A stretch of DNA of 64,000 nt, counting the filler, from Basidiobolus ranarum (lineage: Eukaryota), in assembly GCA_040143965.1 (NCBI GenBank). It is 3 parts of 3 records of this genome, joined end to end, with 100 filler letters (N's around TTAATTAATTAA, not from the genome) between each part and the next. Parts side by side here need not be neighbours in the genome. Positions count along the whole stretch, not along the records: positions 1 to 23,217 come from JASJQH010000170.1; 2 more parts are not named here. One strand, given 5' to 3'. The notes beneath the pieces were generated by a model. That model had not been told where the DNA came from. It made no database searches and was given only the letters and a program-made list of their open reading frames with translations. The translations under genes were made by a program, and so were the position numbers. Positions 1 to 12,743 of this stretch are shown here, piece after piece (the first letter of the stretch is position 1; each line of letters starts with the position of its first letter).

Positions 1-113
1 CATTTATGGTAGAGTTCGGTTGTGGCAGAGAGTCACCGTATATTCTATGTCTTTCCGTACTGTTGATGACTATGTTATCTTGACGGTTGAGAATAACCAT
101 GCGGTGAACATAT
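1..113 (+). ncRNA. snR30/U17-like H/ACA snoRNA, 3' part (copy 1, truncated by the window edge)
   Basis: CACCGT-ATATTCTA...ATAACCAT-GCGGTG-A-ACA-TAT gives a basal stem, m1-like and m2-like motifs and an ACA box. It is the reverse complement of the repeats at 5005-5261 and 6009-6265. Confidence 0.6.
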
Positions 114-377
114 CTTCAAGCATAAATAACTTCAATGATCAACGGTGCACGGTCAATATTAAAATAGGCCTACGACAATTCAAAACCTACTTACCATCGT
201 ATATTACACATTGGCAAGTGAATACTGGTACTTGTCAGGATTTGTTTTATATCAGTTTGAATATTCAACACCATGAATATAGCATGAGTAGAGTGATCAA
301 GAAGAATGGACATAAGCAATTATTTTACATGGAGACACTGAATTAACAGATGCTAGCATGCTTCCTAAGTGATTTCG

Positions 378-423
378 GATGTGGATTGCGGGCATTGCCT
401 ACTTTCCATCACTATGAAGCACA
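378..423 (+). repeat. Degenerate 5' fragment of the same snR30/U17-like repeat
   Basis: GATGTGGATTGCGGGCATTGCCTACTTTCCATCACTATGAAGCACA resembles the 5' end of copies 2 and 3 (GATGTGGATTGTAGGCTTTTGTCTGCTTTCCATCGGTACTATGAAGCACA). Confidence 0.6.
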
Positions 424-790
424 ACTAATTAAATCATGGATGCCAACATAACTGATACGTTGTCTACTACTTTAACTCTCTACTACTTTAGAGCGCATTA
501 AACATCCTTTAAATTCCATTTTACATAATAAGCAAGAGGCATAATCTAGTGAATTATTTTGAAATATACTGGAGTCAAGTCAAAGGATTCAATCTTACGA
601 AAAGTTTATTTTAATCCAAGAGATCGATCTTAATGAATCATAAATATACAATGATCGAAATTTAGGCCATTGTAAACCAACAGGGTATTTAAGCTGCATG
701 GTTGGTTTACATAGTTGTTATATATATGAGTTAATCCTTTCATTTCCAATATGATAGGAATCCATTTACTACTAACGCTAGATGCTCGCC

Positions 791-2690
791 TCATATCTCT
801 TCGTCCAATTTACAGTAACTCTCTAGACCACCATGACGTTGTTGGCTCAACACTTCCACCACCTTGGCTGATATTCCACGTATGGGAGTGGGATCTATGT
901 GCGTGGTATTGACATCCAATTTCTCTTTATACAGTAAATGAAACATGATTATCACACTAACGCATAGAAAGATTGGGCTAACTGCAATGAGGATGGTATA
1001 AATAATAAGATTCCAAGTTCCAAATACTCGAGTCACCGAGTTAATTAGTAAGTAAGTCCCGAAACCAAACATCGCATAGCTCCCTTCGAGAGTAACCTGA
1101 TAATACCAAGAATGATTTAATCATCAGTCAAATTTCACTTTGAACTTTGATCTTTACTCACCTCGCGGAGTCTTTTGGTAAACTCTACACTCCCTCGGTA
1201 AGATCCAAGTCGTTTAAGAAAGCTCCTCGCTTAATACAATAAATATGGTTTTTATCAGAATTGATCAAATACTCTTGATCACTGACTTACCTTGACGAAA
1301 GCTCATCAGCCGGGTGATTAGGATCGTAGTCGATAAACCGTACAAAATGAACAGTTGAATATACCCAAGTAACATCTCGTTTTCCAATAGCTGACTCCCT
1401 GTAAGCAATACACAGCTTCCAGCGAGACAGTAAAGTTCAAACCTCATTGTGAATCCCAAAAACTTGAAGTCCTCACTAGGTAAATGACTAGTGATGATAC
1501 GCTTCCTGTATATCGTTTAGATTAGCTTCATTGACGCTTGTACTAAATAAGCAGTATTTACATCAACACTTCTTACCAAGAGAGCACCATTAAGGAATTT
1601 CCAGCATATCCAAGGATCAATGAAATCATGACAATGGATTGAAAATCACTGGGGTAACTACGGACAGGAGGAAGTACGGACGCCACTGCAGTCCAAAAGT
1701 TAGTCATAAATAAGAGTGGAACCGAACCAAAGCCTATTGTTACCAAATAGAAATGTGCACGTAAATAGGCATGCTATTACTCTTGTATCAGCACGAATTC
1801 CCTCTCGACGAAACAATGAGCCTAACTGTATGAGTCCATAAAATCCAGTAGCCATTTTCTAAAAGCGCGTAAGATAATCAACCCGACTAATATTAGATGG
1901 TCTCATTCTATTTAAAGAAATTTATCTTGCTACTAACCATCCCAGCAAAAAACCAAAATTGAGCTAGAAATAACAATGATTCGTGCAATTCATTCCATAT
2001 TCCAGGCTCTAGATAAAACTGGAGGGTCAACAAGATTCACATATTGAAAGTATCGACAATAAGAAATGGACCAACCTTCAACTACATGCACTAGAAATGG
2101 TTTAGAAGTGGTTACTTTATTCCGCAGTAACGTACTTTGCTCTTTGGTGGTTAGTGCTAGTTTTACTTCATTCGGTAAGCGTTTCAATTTCCCAAATTCA
2201 GTAAAAGGAGTACTGATCTTCGTTTCGTGATTTTCTTTACTTGTAAAAATAGCCAAACGGAGTGGTGGTAGTTTCGAACTAAGCAGGAGGCTATCCAACA
2301 ACTCAAACTGCGCGAGGATCTGAATTTAAGAGATTATAGGCTAAATAAACCAGTCACAAGCGAAAGATAAAATAATATCATTACCTGCGTGAAATATTGA
2401 CAACCTAGCTCCTCCATTTGAGGAAATAGGAGCACTGTACCAAAGATATCTGAAGGTAAAGGTGCAGACATTCCAGGAATCTCGATATCCGATGAAGTAA
2501 AATCGCAATTATTTGAAGATATCTTGGGTGCGTTTAAAAAGATTCCAGTAAAGTTGTAGAATGGAGTCAAATAGCCATAGAAACTTTGGGTCGTAAAAGG
2601 CTTTACTGTGGTTTCTCCTAAAGGAAATAGATATCCCTGCACTATAGCCAGATAGGTGAAAAAACAAAACCCAAATAGGGTTTTGAGCAT
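791..2690 (-). CDS. Multi-exon membrane protein: signal peptide, extracellular (PA-like) region, several TM helices
   Basis: ORF pieces 2334-2690 (signal peptide MLKTLFGFCFFTYLAIVQG), 1990-2301, 1265-1459 and 791-1072 (hydrophobic helices) are separated by GT-AG introns. Exon boundaries are approximate. Confidence 0.6.
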
Positions 2691-3438
2691 AATACTGGTG
2701 ATTTTCTTGCAAGCAGTAACACGGCGAGAAAAAGAAAGATAGCAACTGAGCTGGATAAAAACAAGCGAGTACCAGGATTTATTACAGCCAGAGAGTTAGA
2801 ATTAGGAATATGCTCTGTCAAGTCAGACAGGCTCGACACTATGCTATCTGGGTGATGGTTATTTCACTTGACTGAAAGAGTTCAAAAGTATAACTTCCCT
2901 ACCAAGTATATAAATCCTGTGGACATCCCATACTTACACGAGGATGCATACCACAGGCGGAGGGTCTGAATTATTCCCCAGAATTTCAATAATATCCTCC
3001 ACAAAGAGTGTACCCCGTAAACACTTAGCACGAGGCCAAGTAAGACTTATTTTAACATTATTGTTGATTTATCGTACATTGACTATGCTAAGCAACAGCT
3101 ACTGTGCCTATCCAAACAACAGAAGAATCCAGCTCATTTATCTCGTATATTTTCCTTTTGATTGTTGAGTTCAGTACGAAAGAAATTCAACCATGTAAGT
3201 TTACCATTCATGTGCCAACAAGTATCTCATAATAGCCTGCTAAATGTTTCAATTTCCCCACTATTCTATGGTAACTAGAGCTTACTTGCAATTAAGCAAA
3301 CTTCAAGAACGGGTAATCTGTCGACTAACTTAATTTATCCTATATCGATTAATCTTCAAGAATTTCTCATTTTGCGCAAACTTTGTTGAAATTCCTCTTA
3401 TCATTTGTGAGACTTCTCTTACAGAGTAGTTGTCGAAA

Positions 3439-4363
3439 ATGTCGAGATTTGGAGTTTACCAAATTTCTAAAAGCCCAGCAAAGGTCGCCTCCAAAGTAAC
3501 CAACAAAAAGTCAAAATTACCTTTAGTAGTAGGGGGCTTAGCTGTTTACTTGGGTATTACTTATTTGTCTTTTAGTTACTTCAAACTATCTAAACCGGAA
3601 GAAGAGAAGAAATTACCGTTGAAAGAAAAAGACTCCACCTCCTCCTTCAACTCCACGTATGATCATATTGCTGATACTTATGACAAAAAGATTGGCTTTG
3701 ACGAAACGCTGATGGGTTTAGGTCTATTGAGACGTTGGCTAATAAAAAACGTCAAGGTATTTCTACCTTGTAATTTCCTCTCATTATTCTAAAAGTATTA
3801 GCTATTGAAACCAGAAACTACCCCCCCCCCTTTAGGGTGATGTACTGGAAGTCTCAGCAGGCACCGGGCGTAACCTTCCCTACTATCAGGAAACTCGTTA
3901 CAACAATTTAACTCTAACAGATCAAAGTGAACCAATGTTAGCACAAGCAAAAGAAAAAATGCACCAGTATTCAAAGAGAGTTGGAGGTGAAGAAAAAGTA
4001 AACTTCGAAGTCATGAATGTGGAGAAAGCCAAATACCCTGACAATTCCTTTGACACAGTTGTTTCTACTTTCAGTGTCTGCAGTTACGACGATCCCGTTA
4101 AAGCTCTTGTTGAAATGCAAAGAGTCTGCAAGCCTGATGGACATGTTTTACTATTAGAGCACGGAAAAAGTAACTATAGCTGGCTCAATAATATCCTGGA
4201 TACTCAAGCGGAAAAGCATGCGTCACAATGGGGATGTTGGTGGAATAGAGACATCACGGGTTTGATTCACAAAGCGGGATTACAAGTGGTATATCAATCT
4301 AGATGGCACCTTGGTACTACTTACTATATTATAGCCAAGCCTACACCCAACTCTACAGCATAG
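3439..4363 (+). CDS. SAM-dependent methyltransferase (OMS1/METTL7-like) with N-terminal TM anchor
   Basis: Intron 3757-3835. Motif I VLEVSAGTGRN, DNSFDTVV, RVCKPDGHVLLLEHG, WGCWWNRD. Confidence 0.85.
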
Positions 4364-5004
4364 GTATATTGTCTCATTTGAATAACCATTAGCATATAGA
4401 CAAACCATTTGATTCACACATCTGTTCATTTTTCGACTTCGTTCGAGAAATAAATGTGTCCGTTCATCACTGATATTTTAAAGAAATCTACTTCCATTCA
4501 TATGCCAGGAAACGAACAGAAATATGAGAATAAAGACTAATGCGATTAACGGCTTTATTGAAGAATATCACGCAAAAGACAAGAGAACTGAATAGCAGTC
4601 ACGATAGTACCAATTTACAATTCTGTAAAGCTCTTTCAGCCATCTCTAGCTCAGAAATGTATCTTTAATATGGTTTTAGAACTTACTGCCTATTCATGAC
4701 GATACAACCTCGAATTACTCGAGTAAACAAAATGCAACCATATGACTATTCTTTTAGCCAGTTGCATACACACACAGCAATATCGTAGCCCACCCTGCAC
4801 GAAAGCATATTCAGTCGACTCTTGTAACGGAATTTTCTACTTTAGTCCTTTGAATGCAAGGGAAAACCTATACATTGTACACAACCTTTTATGTTTCCAG
4901 TATAGAATTTCCACTAATTCAAAATATGCAAAACAAACCGCAATCATAGTAAATATATCAATTTGTTTCTCTCTGTCAACGACTGGATATTCTTTAATAA
5001 TAAT

Positions 5005-5261
5005 TAATATTCACCGCATGGTTATTCTCAACCGTCAAGATAGCATAGCCATCAACAGTACGGAAAGACATAGAATATACGGTGACTCTCGGTCACAACC
5101 GAACTCGACCATAAATGGTGTCGCTCAAGGTCGTTAACTGAGTAATTGCTCGATGATATGCCGGATAGAAATGTACACCACAATAGGCGAGCTCTCATGA
5201 CAAGAGCTCTGTGTGCTTCATAGTACCGATGGAAAGCAGACAAAAGCCTACAATCCACATC
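5005..5261 (-). ncRNA. snR30/U17-like H/ACA snoRNA copy 2 (ATA in place of the ACA box)
   Basis: About 257 nt, near-identical to copy 3. Candidate H box ACACCA, m1 ATATTCTA, m2 AACCAT. Confidence 0.55.
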
Positions 5262-6008
5262 AACTGATTACACTGAGTAGACCTGATGCCAGCTTATATA
5301 CCCAAATTTCCCATATCCTAAAGATCGAAAAAAAACGAAAACAAATGAGAATCAATCAGGATCGAACATTATCTTGGACATGGCTGATCTTGAAGTGAAC
5401 CAGACCATGGGACCATCGCTTACCACGTTGATCCTATGCAATATGCTTCATAAATTTCCTTCGTTAGCATAACACAATTGATTACTTTCGTTATACTGCA
5501 GTCACCTTAGCTTTACATACCGGGAGAGTTTCGCAGATTATGGGATATTTATTTACTATTATATATAACTCTCTCACTCACTAGACTATCTCCTAAGTAT
5601 TCTATAGTTGAAGTCGATTTGGAGAGCGCGATCATGCCTTCTACCTCCATGATGGCAATTATTTATTTCCGCTTCTACCCATAAATTACTACATACTGGA
5701 ATATAGCCTGGCTAATTGCATCCATGAATGTTATCGATGTAACGTTGGTAAATGCGTAACAGATAAAGACCAGGTTGAGATTAACTGCCCTTCTTCAGCA
5801 TTTCTAGTACATCTGCATGATGTATGGCTTGGATTTAACCAAGTTTTTTCATATTATGGTCAACGGTTGACATTATATGTAATCTCTAATGATCCATGAA
5901 ATCCGTGACACGAAAGTTACTATTTGTTACTAGTGCATCCACTAATACATAGGCAAGTCTGACACCAATGTTTCAAAATAAAAATATTCAAATTATGTGT
6001 ATTGTAAG

Positions 6009-6265
6009 AAATGTACACCGCATGGTTATTCTCAACCGTCAAGATAACATAGTCATCAACAGTACGGAAAGACATAGAATATACGATGACTCTCGGTCAC
6101 AACCGAACTCGACCATAAATGGTGTCGCTCAAGGTCGTTGACTAAGTAATTGCTCGATGATATGCCGGATAGAAATGTACACCACAATAAGCGAGCTCTC
6201 ATGACAAGAGCTCTGTGTGCTTCATAGTACCGATAGAAAGTAGACAAAAGCCTACAATCCACATC
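6009..6265 (-). ncRNA. snR30/U17-like H/ACA snoRNA copy 3
   Basis: Same motifs as copy 2; ends GCGGTGT-ACA-TTT. Confidence 0.6.
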
Positions 6266-6970
6266 TGTGTTGTTAGGTAATCAATCATATCTATTTTATA
6301 GGAGATTCACCATCATGAATTTTCTTTCTAACTCTCGAATTTTTTGCTACATGTTCTTCCATTGGCTGATTGACGCTGAATGTCTACAATCTACTACATG
6401 GGTGAGTACCAACTTGTGGCTACCCTGAAATCAGACAATGATATGATGATGACGAACGAATATCACGTGAAGCATATGATGAGCTCTGAATCAAATTTTG
6501 TGCTTTAAAAATGAAGGTTAATGACCAAAAAGCTCTTAAACTCAGAGAACTACCACTCTGAAGGAGCAAAATGGATGGAGTCGTTATCGTCCTTTTCTGT
6601 AATACTCAGTTCGTACATTTATGTTAGAAATGTATACCAGCCTTAGGATTGACGCGAAAAAGTAATTTTTTCGATTAGAATTTCTGAAATTTTGAAAATT
6701 TGTTTCCACTAGTGAAGAAACAATTTGGTAATGTCCCGCTAATGTTAGGAATATATTGAGTTTTCAAATAGTTCGTGTAAATTAAAATTATTAGCTGTTT
6801 ATGATTTCAGTGTTTATTACAATATTTATGGATGATCAAAGTAAAAAAAAAGCGTTCCTCTATGGGTGACTACCTGTGTGTACGCAATTTCTTTCCTTCC
6901 TTTCTTATCCCTATAGTAAACCCTCTAGATATTCACCAGCATAATTATCCCCTCACTACTCTCTTCGGTC

Positions 6971-7738
6971 ATGTCTACACCTTATAGTTGTCAGTGGTAT
7001 TTTAAAAAGGAAGAGCTTGAAAAAACTCCTTCGATACAAGATGGTATTCCTTACGAGAAAGAGTTAATCGATAGAGCTAAGGGCTGTAACTTTATCGTCA
7101 GCGTGGGTAGATCTCTACAACTTCCGCAATTAACTTTAGCTACCGCAACAACGTTTTTACACCGATTTTACATGCGCCAATCTCTCAAAGATTATCATTA
7201 TTATGATATTGGTGCTACTTGTCTTTTCATCGCTACTAAAGTCGAAGAAACTCTACGGAAGTTGAAAGATCTTATCGTATTTTGCGTACAAAAGGCTCAA
7301 AAGAACGATAAACTGTTGGTAGAAGAAGATTCCAAAGAATTTAAAAGATGGCGGGATATGATTCTTTGTAATGAAGAAATAGTTCTAGAGACGATAAGCT
7401 TTGATCTAGCTATAGAACATCCTTATGTTAGCTTACTACGCTTTGTGAAGGAGTTAAAAGGTTCAAAGCCCTTGGCCCAAACTGCCTGGGCCTTTCTAAA
7501 TGATAGCCTACGAACTACTTTATGTGTACTTTATCGTCCCCACATAATAGCAGCGGCAGCACTATATATCGCCTCGAAATATCTTGACGAGAAACTTGGG
7601 GATCACGCTGGAGGAATACCCTGGTGGGAAGTAGTAGACGCCAGTATTCAAGACATTCAAGATGCTTCCAGCCAAATTTTAGATCAGTATCAACAACTAC
7701 CAGTATTACCACAGTTCAGGTCAGTGCACGAAATTTAA
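6971..7738 (+). CDS. Transcriptional cyclin (cyclin K/T, Pch1-like)
   Basis: QWYF..EELEKTPS, LATATTFLHRFYMRQSL, LFIATKVEET, LAIEHPY, AWAFLNDSLRT. The true C-terminus may be spliced at about 7719. Confidence 0.9.
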   Translation: MSTPYSCQWYFKKEELEKTPSIQDGIPYEKELIDRAKGCNFIVSVGRSLQLPQLTLATATTFLHRFYMRQSLKDYHYYDIGATCLFIATKVEETLRKLKDLIVFCVQKAQKNDKLLVEEDSKEFKRWRDMILCNEEIVLETISFDLAIEHPYVSLLRFVKELKGSKPLAQTAWAFLNDSLRTTLCVLYRPHIIAAAALYIASKYLDEKLGDHAGGIPWWEVVDASIQDIQDASSQILDQYQQLPVLPQFRSVHEI

Positions 7739-8902
7739 TACTCCCTAAAAATATATTATCTTTCGTTGTACTATCAGTGGGCTGACCGATATTGATGGAA
7801 CTTAGATTACCAACCTGATTACAAAAACAATATTTTCTCACCGTCCCGCTTTGTACAGGCCTTAAGTCTTCCATTCTCACGATACACTCAAAAACACAAA
7901 TACCTATGTGAATGCGAACCTTCAGCTTGGTACAGGGTAAACCTGCCGTTTTCTCTTGTCTCATTGCAAAAGTCGCCATACTCATGAGCAAACAAGTTGC
8001 TCTCTCACACCTGGGAGAAAACATAACCTTCTTTTGTTGTAGATCCTTTCAAAAAAGCGCATTTCCACATCACCCTTCCTTACTGAATCCCTTTACCTAC
8101 TGCTCACACGTTTCACTTTTTCTTTTCTTCTCTCATCTGATAACATTATTGTTAGTCTGATGCAAAGAAATTGGATATTTTGAAGCGTTTCCCCTTAGAT
8201 GCATAATATACGCCGAGCTTTTTCATTTCACCTCACCTCACTCGCCCATCCTTTTTCATTACTCTAGTGATCAAGCAAAGCCAAATTAAATGTATATACG
8301 TCAAACATGCAAATTTATACCATTAAACTAACACATTTCAATAATTTATTGATATGTACTATCAAAATATGTAGGTGTAATACAATGAGTGCAAACATAT
8401 TAAGTAGCCTGGGTTTTGGGTGAGAGTACTGGTTATCATTCCACAGGAAGCAAAAATCACGCCACACCACAATCTTATCAACATTCGCTGATTGATGGTC
8501 CAGTGGAATATGCTCATGTGAAGAATGCCAATCCAAAGTGATCTTTTACGAGTCATGCTCTACCGTAGGAAATTTAATTAGTGCGCATCCATATTGTGAT
8601 TGAATATTCCTTGCTGTTCAGTTATGGCAGTGGGATCAGGCTCAGGATACTCCCTTCGCCACGCCCTTTATTTTGTCATGTTTCGGGTCAATCTTTTCAT
8701 TGTGTTTTAGTAGCTGCATGTAGTATCTTGTTAGTTGCATTCGTTGATTTTCTTTAGGATTTTTTACCTTCATCCGTCTACGATGATTATATAAGGGGAG
8801 ATATCAAGGAGTATCCAACTTCGGATTGCTCTTTGTAAATGTCAAGGCTAATTCATTCCAATTTCATACACATTATTCCGGTCAAATAAACCTCACTTCA
8901 AG

Positions 8903-10841
8903 ATGATATTCCTATGGATCCCCTTTTCTAGTAGAAAAATCTCCCCCCTATTTGTACTCTATTTGAATTTTCTTTTCTTTATGAAAATTCATGCTCAATC
9001 CGTCTCATGTAATCCAAGATGTGGTCCCTCCTTCACTCATTGGAGATCTACTTGCATTAAACTAAGTGGGTAATTCCTTTTTGAATGCAGTTCCATTTAC
9101 TTGTGCTAATCATATCTTGCAAATACAGGCCATTGGAGAAATCTAAAATCTAGGCTTAGAGACTACAAATACAATAAGCTCAATTGTGAAACATCCATCC
9201 ATGCAACGCATAGAGTGTATACACCACATACACCACGTACATCCCATATACCGCATACATCTTTCGTCCACAGTAAAACTGGGTCCACCATATATCCTAC
9301 AAAATCATCTAATGTCTTTTACCATCCTTCCGCCACTACGAAGACTGCATATTCAGCGAAATCCAATCGAATTGAAAGACTAAAAGAGAAACATAGTAAC
9401 TCTTCATCCATTTCTAATCTCTTACCTAACCCTGTGCGTGTACCAAAAAAATCCAAAGTAAAGCCCAAATCAACGTCTACTGTCACTGAAACATCAACTA
9501 TATACTCCGTTACAAGTACGAAATCTACTTCCTATTACGAAACCAGTTCCACCAGTATTTCTTCCAAATTAAGGAGTACTAGTCCCTCTGAGGATTTGAC
9601 TTCGACTAGTAGTGTCCAGTACCCATTGTCCACTTTTTCATCATTCTCCTCTAAGAATATAGCCACCTCAACCTTCCAAACTTCTTCACTTCCTTCAAGT
9701 CCTCCAGTTGAGAGACCAGAGGGTGCTTCAAATACAAACTACGTTAGTGGGAGTGCCCCAACAAATGCTGTTCAATCCAACAGTGACGATACTCGTACAG
9801 TTCCCCATAATGTGGTAGTAGCTACTGTGACTGGGAGTGTATTCGGTGTGGTAGCAGTGTGTATTGGGTTATTCACACTCTATCGTCAAAAACGTAAACG
9901 TCGATTAACCACGGAGATAAATGATCGTGAAATGGACTCCAAAAAGGAAGAAGAAAACGAGGAGATTTCTGGTGTTTCGCAGATGGATCCTTTAATAAGT
10001 GGATCTATTCCAATCCTGACTCCTTTATCAGATTCATCTTACCAGAAAAAGAATAGGAAATCATTCAATCATCAGTCTATTCGCGCTTCTGCCCATTCTA
10101 TGGTAATATAAAATCCACCATATTATTTAATGCTTGTCGAGTATTTCTAACCATTATTTATCATCTATATAGTCTGCTCCTGATCGAGATCCGCGTAGTT
10201 TGAGTTTGAATTCATTTGATGATACACTGGCCAAATTTCCACAGCCAGCTGACATTACTAGTTGGAATTTTTACACTATCCCAACCCTTCGGACATCTTC
10301 GGAAGCGGCTGAGAATGTACCCCATGGCAGTGGTGAGGCTACAACCAGAAATACTGTCGTAGAGATGATGGCCAACGAGCTTCCAGTCATGGTTCCTGTT
10401 ATGAAAAAGGCGTTGCTAGTCGATATCCAAGACTTAAAAAGAGAGAGGAGTCTTCGACGTGCTGATTCAAATCGGGTTCACCGCTCCACCTTGAACGGTG
10501 TTACTCGTCGATATTCCTCTACACTTCAAATTGATCTCCATAACACTCAACTTCAACGATCAAAATCCGACCGTGTGGTGGGTCAGCGTTGGCGGAATAG
10601 TACCAAGAGAGGAGATACGAGGTTATATTTCGAAGCTAGTCACGAGTTGCTTCCACCTTTTACGTCATTAGCTACTAACGTTTCCCACACTCAAACTGGA
10701 AATCTGATGACAGACAAACGTGAGAATTCCCACCATAGAATATCAACTCTTGAGAGTCCTGAAACTTCACAGAAACGATACAGCACTCTCGGTCAAAATT
10801 GTGAGCTGCCTGAATTCGGTCCAATAGAGCGAAACAAGTAG
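8903..10841 (+). CDS. Single-pass cell-surface protein with Ser/Thr-rich ectodomain (Mid2/WSC-sensor-like)
   Basis: Hydrophobic N-terminus from ATG 8903, S/T-rich region, TM VVVATVTGSVFGVVAVCIGLFTLY followed by RQKRKRR. Introns near 9071-9128 and 10103-10172. Confidence 0.7.
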
Positions 10842-11399
10842 AACTAGTAATGAAATAGGCGAAAAGTAGCTAGAATGTACAGCGGCTAGCTCATCGATAT
10901 AATTCTGTTATACTGTCATCTCAGCGATTATTGAATATACATCTTAGTCTTTATTGAATTCGTGTTCAAATGTTGTCAACCCAATTACCAACCTGTTAGT
11001 AAAATTCTTACAATTAGATCTCTTCGCATCATTTTGACTCATCTTTAGCTAACCATCCATTTACCACACTAATAAAATCATGTCAACGTGTGAAGGGTGC
11101 ATAATTCAAAATAACTATTTATCTAACGAAATATACCAAATTCAGTAAATAATTAACTACACCCTTCATGTGTGGAAATTGCTAGATATATCACTTAGTG
11201 ATTTTGATGCTTGCATTAACAAGTACCAGAAGAAGCTTTTACAACAAAGGTATTTATTCACTTTGAATATTCTTTGGAGATTACTTTCTTATAAAAATAT
11301 GAAAACTATCATTTATTAGTCTGAAAAGGTTTAGTCACTTTCTTTAATACTAAACTATTTCCACTTAAAAAAGGCACTTTTCTAATTCGTAAGTTTCAA

Positions 11400-12296
11400 A
11401 AGTGCTCATTTTCTCAAATTCTTTCCAACTCAAAGAAGAGAAGTAGTGTTCGTGTTGGTAAACTTACTCGTACTTTCTTATATCACGAGCCTACCAACCT
11501 TTCCCCAAATGCTCCCTTGTTGATCGTTTTACATGGCTCGACTCAAGACTCTGATGCCATAAGACTAACTACAGGTTACGAATTTGAAAGATTGTCAGAG
11601 CTTCATAAGTTTGTTGTTGTATACCCAGACGGATATCAAGGTAACTGGAATGACGCAAGGAGAGGGGCCACTTTTCCTGCTCGTAAAATGAATATTGATG
11701 ATATCGGCTTCGTTCAAGGCCTTATTAGTAACTTTTCAGCTCCCATGAAACCAGTTCTGATCGTGTATTTGTTACCGGTTACTCTAATGGTGGTCATATG
11801 GCGTACCGACTTGCACTTGAAACTCCACACTTGATTAAGGGCATTGCTGTTGTTTGTGCTAATTTACCGACAGAAGAGAATCTAGATATCACACCCAAAA
11901 ATATACCTCTCCCAGTGTTAATGGTGAATGGAACACACGACGTTATCAATCCATATCACGGTGGCGATGTTTCCTGGGGAGAACTAACCTCCCGTGGGCC
12001 AGTACGTTCAGCTTCAGACAGTCTATCCTATTTCGCGCGATTGAACGGACACACCGATCTCCGATAATTACTAGGTTTCCACATAAGAAATCCTCTGGTA
12101 TAACTTCAGTTACACTTTCAAATCACTCAGGACCAGGAAAGTGCGAAGTATCACTTTATACAGTTCTTGAAGGAGGACATCTATTCCCTCAACCATACTA
12201 TCGTGGAATGAAAGTTCTGGGGAATAACACGCATGATATCAATGCTCCAGAGGAGATATGGGCCTTCTTTTCTAGGATTAAAATAGACCCTATGTG
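11400..12296 (+). pseudogene. Bacterial-type alpha/beta hydrolase (LpqC / PHB depolymerase-like), two frameshifts
   Basis: PLLIVLHG, VVVYPDG, NWND, DDIGFV, then in a second frame RVFVTGYSNGGHMAYRLA and VLMVNGTHD, then in a third frame GGHLFP...INAPEEIWAFF. Frame breaks near 11735 and 12060; no introns seen. Confidence 0.75.
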
Positions 12297-12743
12297 AAAT
12301 AAATGCCTCTTGTTGGAAGGGTTTTATGGAAATCAAATTAATTTATGTGATGCCCTAGTTCATGTTGATGAATACTATATATATTTAGAACTAGTTGATT
12401 ATCGGGACTTGCCATATGAAACCACACTTGTTCCGTAAGCAAGAGGATCTGACATCTGCTCGTAGATCCCTTACGTGTGATTGATGGCAGTTGCTTGCAG
12501 AGGATAATTAAGATGGATCAGTTACAGAACAGAAACCATTGCGGCAGCTAATGTTGTGTACCAACTGTCTCCTGAAATTTCACTTTGCTACAAAGTGTCA
12601 TGGGTGCATCAGTTAGGGGGATTTGAGAGTATAAATGGAGATCCGGATATGATGGAAGAGTAAGCGTAGTTTGAAAACTCCTCTTCCTCATCCTCATCCT
12701 CACCCACACTCATCCGCACCGAAGCACCACTACCATTTTCATA

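Noticed and set aside
5052-6262. Twin 68-aa ORFs (MDCRLL...)
   Set aside because: They start at non-ATG codons, have no recognisable protein features, and conservation boundaries fit an RNA ending at an ACA box.
6443-6490. ATGATGA...CTGA resembling a C/D snoRNA
   Set aside because: Too short, with no terminal stem or recognisable rRNA guide.
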